Assembly (NCBI GenBank): GCA_951406725.2
Contig: OX597835.1
Coordinates: 22,072,001 to 22,136,000, forward strand
Length of the DNA: 64,000 nucleotides
Source of the DNA: Octopus vulgaris
Lineage: Eukaryota
Direction: 5' to 3'
Both the position numbers and the translations under genes were made by a program. This document shows, one piece after another, positions 1 through 10,211 of this stretch. Numbering within the stretch: the first letter of the stretch is position 1; every line of letters begins with the position of its first letter. The notes under the pieces are model-generated. The model was given only the letters and a program-made list of their open reading frames with translations, had not been told where the DNA came from and ran no database searches.

Positions 1-781
1 GGTATATTATGTTGTTGGTTCCTCCTGACTAAGATCTATGGTCAAAGAGATTCCAGCCATGACCATCCTACCTGAAACACAAGTGTTGCTGTTATTGTTG
101 TTTAGCATGCCCCACCCCAGTTAGTTTTGACCAACTGACCAGGTGTTCTCATTATGACTTCTCACTCCTTCTTGGGTACATACCAAGAAGTAAATCGGTC
201 ATGTTATCTACCTCTTCAACATAATAGGATGTAATTTACAAGACATAGCTGCTATTTCTAGTATGTTCAGCAGCCACATAGGCTTAAATCATTGATATAG
301 TATGTTGTTAGTTCTTCCAGACTAAGAAGATCTATGATCAAAGAGATTCCAACAATGACCATCCTGCCTTTCATTCAGACATAGTGTATCTAAGATTACA
401 AAGTGAACAAATCATACTGCTGCAAAGAGAGAACCTAATGTTTTGGACGAAACCTCTTTATCAGGAAAGCTACTGAGGCTCATTTGCTGGCTTGAGATAT
501 TTTTGAGATATCGCTGGTGAGTAGCTCAGGTTAAATCTGGTCAATTCAGGTCAGTACTGGTCATCTTTACTCCAGTATCTTTCCTTATTTTTATCTCTTT
601 GCTTGTTTCAGCAAATTCCCTTATTGACTGAGGTGGGGAGAAGATCAAGTTACTAGCTAGAAACCTCCCCACCTTCCACTCGGTTACATACATGTCTAAT
701 TTGTAGACATGTAGACAGAGCATTCAATGGTAACCCAACAACATAATTACTGGTATAATGGTATGAAGAGAAGCAACTTAC

Positions 782-828
782 CAATTGCTAGGCTGTCAAT
801 CTGCTGGCGCAACTCCACTTGGCTCTCT
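782..828 (-). CDS. SNAPIN: SNAPIN coding exon 2 (47 nt)
   Basis: Acceptor tttctatcag| and donor G|GTAAGT. Reads (R)ESQVELRQQIDSLAI, in phase with exon 1 and nearly identical to human ESQVELREQIDNLAT. Later exons were not found in 1-781. Confidence 0.93.
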
Positions 829-1279
829 CTGATAGAAATGAAATTATAAATAAATATAACAAGAGAAATGTTACTGGTCAGATTCTAAGGAAAAGACAAA
901 TGGAACAGGAAAAGTAATAACCCTTTCTACTAGAAGCACAAGGCCTCAAATTTGGGTGAAGGGATTATGACCCCCAGTGTATAACTGGTACTAATTTTAT
1001 TGACACCAAAAGGATGAAAGACAAAGTAGACCTTGGTGGAATGTTACAGAAAAATTAACAATGCCTGCATTCAGTGTTTATATTTATGTTTGTGTGTGTG
1101 TGTATTTTGGTTCATGTTGGATGAATAACAAGAGTGCTCAAAACATACTGTAGAGGATATAACATTTTTGTTGGTTTTTTTTAATGAAAATGAAACTAGG
1201 AATTGTCTTGCAATTCAAGTTTCATGCCACGATGCAGTAGCATAAAACTCGAGTCACAAGACAATTCTCAGCTTTAGTT

Positions 1280-1628
1280 TCAAATGGGCCTCATGGAGGC
1301 AAGGTGGCCAAGCTCCTTTTGAGTGTTAGGCTTCACAGAGGCAATGACCAAGACCTTTGGCGTTATGTTGTGCTTAAGAAGAAGACCCATCGAGTTGAGC
1401 AAAATCGCAGTCGTGACAGATACCGGTGTCACGCAAATGGCACCCATATTGGTGACACATAAAAGCACCCATTATACTCTAGGAGTGGTTGGCATTAGGA
1501 TGGGCATCCAGCAGTAGAAAACCATGCCAAATCAGACTGGATCCTGGCACAGCCTTCCAGCATGCCAGCCCAGTCAAACCATCCAACCCATGGCAACATG
1601 GACACTGGACGCTAAGTGATGATGATGT
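1280..1628 (+). mobile_element. 5'-truncated RTE-LINE 3' end with (ATG)n tail
   Basis: Shares GGAAGGGCATCCAGC...AACCCATG...GGACG-TAA-(ATG)n with the 3' UTR attached to the RTE ORF at 57939-58377. Confidence 0.7.
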
Positions 1629-1630
1629 GT

Positions 1631-1960
1631 AGGTGTGGCTGTGTGGTAAGAAGCTTGCTTCCCAACCACATGGTTCTGGGTTCAGTCCCGTTGCGTGGAA
1701 CCTTGGTCCAAGTGTCTTCTACTATAGCCTCAAGCCGACTAAAGCTTGAGAGTAAATTTGGTAGACAGAAACTGTGTGGGGTTTTGGGTGGGTGGGTAAA
1801 TGGATAGCTGGATGGATAGATAGAGAGGTATGTGTCTGTGTTGTATTTGTACCACACTTAAAAAGAAAAATAAGTACTGGGATTGATTTGTTTAACCCTT
1901 CAAGGTGGTACCCCAGCATGGCCACAGTCCAATGACTGAAACTAGTAGACAATAAAAAGA
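1631..1960 (+). mobile_element. tRNA-derived SINE family A
   Basis: Head GTGGCTGTGTGGTAAG (A box) and GGTTCAGTCC (B box-like), then CCTTGG-CAAGTGTCTTCTACTATAGCC and a tail ...GCAGTC-AATGACTGAAAC. More than 10 copies in the window. Confidence 0.8.
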
Positions 1961-2866
1961 CGTTTGGCAAGTGGGTTGCAATATTAATAGTTTAATTATA
2001 ATGAATTGTCATTTTCCAATTTCAATTATTTACACTACCACTTATTACCTCCCCCTGATTTTGAAACCTGGCAGAGTTTAATAAATGTAATTTATTTATT
2101 TGAATGTTACAATTACTTCCAACTATTGTGAATTAGCAGAGCGTGGAGCTTCTTTATTCTAGTAGTTATTACTCCGAGTTTCGCGTTACCCTTAATGATT
2201 ATTTAACTGAAAAGACATAAGCATTTCATTCTAACGCTTTATTCAACTCGTCAACACCAATATGATTAATAACTTGCCTGTACTAACAGTTGTTATCAAT
2301 GATCTTTGATGATCTTTGATTAAACACACCACGTATATATATATATAACGGGAAGCTTTATGAAAATAAACAAAAGACGAAGGCAGGTGGAATATAAACA
2401 AACAATTGTATTAGTATGGCGCTCAGGAATATAAATAAAACAAGTCTTTTACGTTTCGAGCCTACGCTCTTCAACAGAAAGATACACAGAAAAGAAACAC
2501 AGAAAGAAACTATATATATATATATATATATAATAAAATATGCCATGTAGGGATACCAGCACAAGTACGAACCCTGCTCTTTAGTTTCCTTATAATGGAT
2601 AGTTTTAACGAAATTTTCTACAAAACTATGAGGAAATATGCCAGAAATTGTGACGAAACAAAGTCCGTGGTGGGAGGTAACACATTTGTGTACTTATGTC
2701 GATATATATCTATATACAAATTGTTTGCATGTTATGGCGAAATGCAGTGTTTAACACACAGCTGTGTATGTGTGGAATCTGATAACCTTTGACTAACGTT
2801 AAACCGCAGGAAACATTTAGGTATAAACAAATAATCGAATTTACAAACACGCACCTCACAATACGC

Positions 2867-2897
<31 letters not shown>

Positions 2898-3078
2898 GTA
2901 TACTTTATTTAAAAGCAGCAGAAATTCAACAAAACCTGTTCGTCCAACGAGAACGTGAAACTCCGAGTAACAGGTTTTGTTGAATTTTCTGCTGCTTTTA
3001 AATAAAGCATATTACTCTACCCCTGGTATTTGAGTACTCTTTTTTTCCACCTTGTTTCACATTTATGTGTTTACTCCA

Positions 3079-3125
<47 letters not shown>

Positions 3126-3264
3126 GTGTGTGTGTGCATAACTTGTTCATATATCTAGTACAGAGGTTGATTTACTTTGTATAGTATGCATATAATATAG
3201 CGTTTAGATATAGATTATGTTGACTACATAACGCAGTATTTATCTGCTATGTAGTATAGAACGT

Positions 3265-3556
3265 GTATATATACATACGTATACATATATATACATACAC
3301 ACACAGTATATATATATATATATACATACACAGTACATATATATACACACACAGTACATATATATATATATACACACAGTACATATATATATATATATAT
3401 ATATACACACAGTACATATATATATACACACAGCACATATATATATATATATATACACAGTACATATATATATATACAGTACATATATATATATATATAC
3501 ACACAGTACATATATATATATATACACAGTATATATATATATATATATATATACAT

Positions 3557-3602
<46 letters not shown>

Positions 3603-3615
3603 ACATACATATACA
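3265..3615. repeat. Compound (TA)n minisatellite with recurring ACACAGTAC core, in SNAPIN intron 1
   Basis: About 9 units of (TA)n-CACAGTA(C). Confidence 0.9.
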
Positions 3616-3853
3616 CTCAGTATTGTGTCTCTAAGGACAACATACGATGTGCACTTCCTTTTATTACCCACACACACAAAATACATGGTGGGATGGGATG
3701 CGATTTCGTTACGCTTCATGGAAGCAACATCTAACGACAACAAACTGCTGCAAAATAATGTAACGTAGAACAATCAAAGAGAGAGAGAATATATATATAC
3801 AAGAGAAGGGGAAGAAACGGTGGAAAGCAGACATTGTCTTCCGTTTTGCTCAC

Positions 3854-4056
3854 CTCACTTCGTTCACTCGGCTGTCGATTTCGGTGACAGCTGGCCGCAT
3901 CAGGTCCACAAGTCCGCTAGCAATCACCGTCCTGGTGTCCAGTTGGTCGTCCTGCTGTAGGTTGTTCTGCATCATTTCCGAAGACGACGAATAGGAAGTG
4001 GGTGAGGTGTCTGTGAGGTTCTTGCTCCCCATCAGAGAATACGAAGCTTCAGCCAT
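3854..4056 (-). CDS. SNAPIN: SNAPIN (SNARE-associated protein, BLOC-1/BORC subunit), coding exon 1
   Basis: ATG in caaaATGG context. The translated end RTVIASGLVDLMRPAVTEIDSRVNEVR matches the metazoan Snapin motif (human, from memory: RDLFAEGLLEFLRPAVQQLDSHVHAVR). The exon ends at a phase-2 donor AG|GTGAGC (GT at 3853-3852). Confidence 0.93.
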
Positions 4057-4121
4057 TTTGGTTATATATTTTTTTTTTTTTCAAAGACACACAAAGAAAG
4101 AGAGAGGAAGGGAGGAGATCA

Positions 4122-4146
4122 TCATGTGATCTGATTGGATGACGTT
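4122..4146 (-). promoter_or_regulatory. SNAPIN proximal promoter motifs: TCATGTGA (M-box/CLEAR-like E-box), CCAAT box, TGACGT (CRE half-site)
   Basis: TCATGTGA at 4122-4129, CTGATTGG (CCAATCAG on the minus strand) at 4131-4138 and TGACGT at 4140-4145 are clustered 65-90 bp upstream of the ATG in non-repetitive sequence. Confidence 0.55.
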
Positions 4147-4389
4147 ATGTTATTGTTATTGCTGTTGAAGTGACCCAGGTCGGTGACCCACCGATGAAAG
4201 ACGCTCCAGTTGTGACCCTCACGTCTTTATTTCTCTCCCCCCCCCCCGCCCAAGCATATTGCACTCTACAGTTGCAGTTTTTAATACATCAATTTTTTAA
4301 AAAAGATATTTGAGGAAGAATCGACTGCTATTTCTAGCGGGTCGAATAACTGACAATAGACCTTGGTAATGGTTGCAAAGTTGCAATTT

Positions 4390-4738
4390 CTTCTTCTTCT
4401 TCTTCTTCTTCCTCTTCCTCTTCTTCTTCTTCTTCTTCTTCTTCTTCTTTTCTTCTTCTCCTTCTTCTTTTCCTTCTTCTTTTCCTTCTTCTTTTCCTTC
4501 TTCTTCTTCTTCTTCTTCTTCTTCTTCTTCTTCTCCTTCTCCTTCTTCTTCCTCTTCCACTTCTTCTTCTTCCTCTTCCACTTCTTCTTCTTTTTCTTCT
4601 TCTTCTTCTTTTTTTTCTTCTTCTTCTTCTTCTTCTTTTTCTTCTTCTTCTTCTTCTTCTTCTTCTTCTTCTCCTTCTCCTTCTTCTTCCTCTTCCACTT
4701 CTTCTTCTTCCTCTTCCACTTCTTCTTCTTCTTCTTCC

Positions 4739-4769
<31 letters not shown>

Positions 4770-4900
4770 CTTTTTTCTTCTTCTTCTTCTTCTTCTTCTT
4801 TTTTTTCTTCTTCTTCTTCTTCTTCTTCTTCTTCTTCTTCTTCTTCTTCTTCTTCTTCTTCTTCTTCTTCCACTTCTTCTTCCACTTCTTCCACTTCTAC
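4390..4900. repeat. (CTT)n/(GAA)n homopyrimidine tract
   Basis: Directly visible. It explains the poly-K/R/E/S/F ORFs at 4281-5070. Confidence 0.97.
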
Positions 4901-5947
4901 TTTTTTCCTGCTGGCAAGGGTCAGACAATTTTCTTTTCTATTTAGACAAGGGGATAGGGTGCAGGATTCTATGGCCAGATGTTGTCGTTTTTAATATCAG
5001 CCTAGAGTTTTTATCTTCAATTATTCCATTGTCATCTCATGCCCCAAATGCTGACCAGTGTGGGACATAAACGAACAGCATTCCTTTACCGAAGTGGTGT
5101 CAGGGCAAAGTTACTCAGAAACAAATACACAAGCACACACACACACACACATGTATATCATCATCGTCGTCGTCGTCGTCGACGTTTAACGTCTCCTTTC
5201 CATGCTGGCATGGGTTGGACGGTTTGTCTGAGAACTGATAAGCCAAGAGGCTGCATCAGACCCCAAACTGATTTGGTAAGTTTTCTACAGCTGGATGCCT
5301 TTCCTAATGCCAACCACTGGAAGAATGTGCTGAATGCTTTTTATGTGCAACTGGCATGGGTGCCAGTCAAGCAGCACAAACGTGTACATGCACACACACA
5401 CACATATATATATGACAAGCGTTTTTCAATTTCTGTCTCCCAAAGGCACTTGGAAGGTTGGCCTGGGTCTATAGTAGAAGACATTTGCTGAAGGTGTCAT
5501 GCAATGGCACTGAACCCAAGACCACATTGTTTCAAAGCAAACAACTTGACCACAGGGTCATGCAAGTGCCTACTCTACATGTGTGTATGTCTACACACAC
5601 ACACAAACACTCACACACACATATATGATTCTAACAGCAGGCACCTCACACCTTGTTATTCCTATTTTACATTTCCTTTCTACTGGAGGCATTCACCTCA
5701 GGGTTCAACCGGTACTTATTTCATCAACCCTGAAAGGATGAAAGGCAAAGTTGATCTTGGCAAAATTTAAACTCAGAATGTAGCAACGGCCAAAATACCG
5801 CTAAACATTTCGTCCAGTGTCCTAACAACTTTGCCGGCTTGCTGCCTTGGTTCATATTTTATATATGCAAACATTAAGACCATATTCAGTGATAAGTGGA
5901 CAAAATTAGTAAGAATGGTGTCATAACTGTGCCTGCTTTCAGTATGT

Positions 5948-6190
5948 GGAGGCGCATGGCTTAGTAGCTAGGGTGTTGGACTCATGATTGTATGATTGTG
6001 ATTTCGATTCCTGAACCGGGCAATGCATTGTGTTCTTAAGCAAAACACTTCATTTCACTTTGTTCAAGTCCACTCGGCTGTGATGGACCAGTGTTCCACC
6101 CAGGTGAGGAATTTATACACCCCAGAACCAGAACCAGGAAACCAGCCCTTGTGAGCTGGTATAACCTGAGAAAGTAACTTTATGATTTTT
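5948..6190 (+). mobile_element. tRNA-derived SINE family C (GGAGGCGCATGGC head)
   Basis: A box TGGCTTAGTAG and B box TTTCGATTCC. Related copy at 20848-21095. Confidence 0.7.
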
Positions 6191-6239
6191 ACCTGCTTTC
6201 GGCATACACCGCTACACTGGCAAATTCTGTTGAAAAATG

Positions 6240-6440
6240 GCACTTGGCCTTGATAGACCTTCGGTGGAGGACCTCAGACAGATGATACTTTCCTTAAGAT
6301 GTGCGCTGTTCCATTAAAGCTGCTTTTTACAAGACATCAATCTTGCATGGGATTTCCAGTTGCCATAAGAAGTTTTGAAGTTTCCATGGGATTAAGCTCA
6401 ATGTGCCGATCACCGCTGGTATCACTTTGCGTTTCATCCT
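6240..6440 (-). mobile_element. R4/Dong-like LINE fragment (C-terminus of the restriction-like endonuclease ORF)
   Basis: Minus strand translates VIPAVIGTLSLIPWKLQNFLWQLEIPCKIDVL*KAAL, resembling the R4/Dong C-terminal motif VPxVIGALG...LQKAALLGT. Confidence 0.6.
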
Positions 6441-6609
6441 TTTGGGGTTCATAAATTAACTACCAATAAAACACTGGGTGGGGGTGGGGTAGGGTGATGT
6501 AATCGATTAGTCCCTTCCACTCAAATCTCAGGCCTTCTGTCTATAGTAGAAAGGATTATTATTATTATTATTATTATTATCATCATCGTCATCATCATCC
6601 ATCATTATA

Positions 6610-6800
6610 AGGCAGCAAACTGGCAGAATTGTTAGCATGTCTGACAAAATGCTTAGAGACATTTCATCCATCTTTATGTCCTGGGTTCAAATTCCGCTGA
6701 GGTCAACTTTGCCTTTCATACTTTAGGGGTCAATAAATTATGTACCAGTTGCATACTGGGGTCAATCTAATTGACTGGCCCCCTCCCCAAAAATTTCGGG
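6610..6800 (+). mobile_element. SINE family B (GGCGGCGAGCTGGCAGAA...GTTCAAATTCCGCCGAGGTCGACTTTGCCTTTCATCC)
   Basis: B box GTTCAAATTCC. Related copies near 920-1045, 5700-5850, 8060-8200, 17135-17360, 23600-23800, 36905-37110, 44040-44215, 56905-57115 and 60250-60430. Confidence 0.75.
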
Positions 6801-6820
6801 TAGAAATGCTTACAGTAAAA

Positions 6821-6891
<71 letters not shown>

Positions 6892-7309
6892 TATTGTAAT
6901 ATTTTCAAATATATTTTCATTAAAAAGAGAATAATGTCTAATTGGATGAATATCCCTGGAATTTGGACCACAAACGAATCAACTCCTACAACAAAATGCA
7001 TTTCATTGTTTTTGTAATTGTTGTTATTGTTGTCAGTCCAAGAGAATGAAAATCGTGTCAGGATTTATATTCTTTTGTTTTTATTGTTTTCTATGAAAGT
7101 GTGGAGGAATTCTGAGTGTGAATGGAATACCTCACCATTATCGCATTTTGTTTTGTTTTCAAAGCATATGTATAAAAATCTAATGGGAATGAATTTGAGT
7201 TCAATGTCTCTGTATGTATGTGTCTGCATAGCGACCTACCGACCTACCTACCTACATACCTATGTATATACATACATACAGACAGACAGACTGACAGATT
7301 GACATGAAT

Positions 7310-7356
<47 letters not shown>

Positions 7357-7398
7357 AATAATAATGTTGATGATGAGGAGGATCATGCACACACAGAG

Positions 7399-7497
<99 letters not shown>

Positions 7498-7519
7498 CAT
7501 ATATATATACATATACATA

Positions 7520-7551
<32 letters not shown>

Positions 7552-7552
7552 C

Positions 7553-7615
<63 letters not shown>

Positions 7616-8989
7616 CAAAGTATGGGGGTGGGGGTCTAGTTCACAGGTGATCTGAATGACTAGGTACGCTAGGTAAGTGCTGTAATGGATTACCAGGGCT
7701 CCAAGGTTGTGTTTGGACAATTAGGGGATATTGTGTTCAGACAGTTAAGGGATATTGTGTTTTGAGCTTGGACAGATTAAAATGCATTGCTGTAAATAAA
7801 TAATGCAAATCTTCCTCGAAAGCTATTCGTTATTAATTAGACAGAATTACAAGATGCTATATGACTTGTTTATTCTTTGCTTCTTGTTGTGCAGGCATGG
7901 CTATGTGGTTAACAACTTTACTTTGCAAGCACATACTTTCAGGGTTCAATCAAACTCTGTCAGTATTAAATTCAGTGCCAAGAATTTTGTACAATGGGTA
8001 ATGATTTTGTCAGCTCATCTCCTTATATAACTATAACATACCAATAGGAGGACAACTAAAGGCAACAAGCTGGAAGAACTGTTAAACACGCAGGGCAAAA
8101 TGCTTAGCAGTATTTCATCTGTCTTTATGTTCTGAGTTCAAATTCTGCCAAGGTCAACTTTGCCTTTCATCCTTCCAGGGCTGATGTATGATAAAATAAC
8201 TAGGGTCTACATAAGTGACTTACCCACTTCACCAAACTCACTGGACTTGTACCAAATTTTGAAATCATTATTAGAACAGTTAGAGTAACAGAAGCTATAC
8301 TCTCCATCAGGGCCGACTTTGCCTTTCATCTTTTTATGGGAGCCAATAAAATAAATACCAGCTGAACACTGGGGTCGATGTAATTGACTTACCTCCTCAA
8401 TCAATCTTGCTGGCCTTGTGCCAAAGTTTGAAATCATGATTCCAACAGCTAGAATACTGACAGCTGTAGTTTCCATCAGATTCAACTTTACCTTTACCTT
8501 CAAGTGTCAATGAAAATGCAAAAGTCCAATGCAATGGATTAGTGAAGATGTAGCACCATCAGATCAGATGACTGGCAGGTAGTAATTATTTTGGTTCTTT
8601 TGTGGTTCTGAGTTCAAATCCCATCACCAGCTATATGTGTGTTGGCCTTAATCCATTGCCCAGTTTCACATCATTGCCTGGCACCTGGGGTGATGTTAGT
8701 AGAGTCCACTCTGTTGCATGCATTTGGACTGGATTCTCCAGTTTGAGGATGCCTCACACCTTTCCCCATATCTAACTTGGAGGCCCCGTAAAGGATCATG
8801 GACACAGCTTTCCTTCCTGGCTAAAAGATAGAAAGGGACGCCTTGCTTTTCTTTTGGCATCTAACTCTGTTGTGGCTTTTTAAAGCCTTAATCTAATGCA
8901 CGTGCAATACCTCTTTCTCATCACTCCTTTCATTAACCTGTACACTGTCTGACCCAGGGACACATGGCAGACTGCATGTTAAATGATAA

Positions 8990-10210
8990 GGACAATGATG
9001 ATGATGATGATGATGATGATGACAATGACTACGACGACAACGATGACGATAATGATGATGATGATGATGATAAGAATGATGGGGTGGAGGAGGAGGAGGA
9101 TGCCGACAGGGTGATGATGAGAATAATGATAGTGATGGCAATAATGATGATGATGGTGATAAGAATGATGATGATGATGATGATGAGGAGGAGGAGGAGG
9201 AGGATGGTGATTGTGATGGCAATGATGATGATGATGATGATAAGAATGATGATGATGATGAGGAGGAGGATGAGGATGGTGACTAGGTGATGATGAGAAT
9301 GATGATAGTGATGGCAATGATGATGATGATGGTGATAAGAATGATGATGATGTGGAGGAGGAGGAGGAAGAGCAGGAAAAGAAGGAAGAGGAGGATGGTG
9401 GCAAGGTGATGATGAGAATGATGATAGTGTTGGCAATGATGATGATGATGATGATAAGAATGATAATGATGATGATGATGAGGAGGAGGAGGAAGTGGAG
9501 GAAGAAGTGGAGCAGGAAGAGAAGGAAGTGGAGGATGGTGACTAGGTGATGATGAGAATGATGATAGTGTTGGCAATGATAATGATGATGATGATAAGAA
9601 TGATGATGATGATGAGGAGGAGGAGGTGGAGGAAGAAGTGGAGGATGGTGGCAAGGGGATGATGAGAATGATGATAGTGATGGCAATAATGATGATGATA
9701 AGAATGATGATGAGGTGGAGGAGGAGGAAGTGGAGGAAGAAGTGGAGGAGGAAGAGCAGGAAGAGGAGGATGGTGGCAAGGGGATGATGAGAATGATGAT
9801 AGTGATGGCAATGTTGATGATGATGATGATAAGAATGATGATGAGGAGGAGGTGGAAGTGGAGGAAGAGCAGGAAGAGGAGGATGGTGGCAAGGGGATGA
9901 TGAGAATGATGATAGTGATAGCAATGATGATGATAAGAATGATGATGAGGAGGAGGAGGAAGTGGAGGAAGAAGTGGAGGAAGAGAAGGAAGAGGAGGAT
10001 GGTGGCAAGGGGATGATGAGAATGATGATAGTGATGGCAATGATGATGATGATGATGATAAGAATGATGATGAGGAGGAGGAGGAAGAGGAGGATGGTGG
10101 CAAGGGGATGATGAGAATGATGATAGTGATGGCAATGTTGCCGATGACGACAACGATGATGATGATAAGAACGATGAAAATGATTTTGATGATGATGATG
10201 ATGATGATGT
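8990..10210. repeat. Higher-order minisatellite (~100-130-bp units) built from GAT/GAG trinucleotides
   Basis: The marker GGATGGTGGCAAGGGGATGATGAGAATGATGATAGTGATGGCAAT recurs about 10 times. Confidence 0.9.
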
Positions 10211-10211
10211 T

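Noticed and set aside
1-781. Search for SNAPIN exon 3
   Set aside because: No frame resembling L..I.E.Q...DL.PYVKKL was found; it is presumably outside the window.
4281-5070. Long poly-K/R/E/S/F ORFs
   Set aside because: Translation of the (CTT)n tract; open in most frames because of composition.
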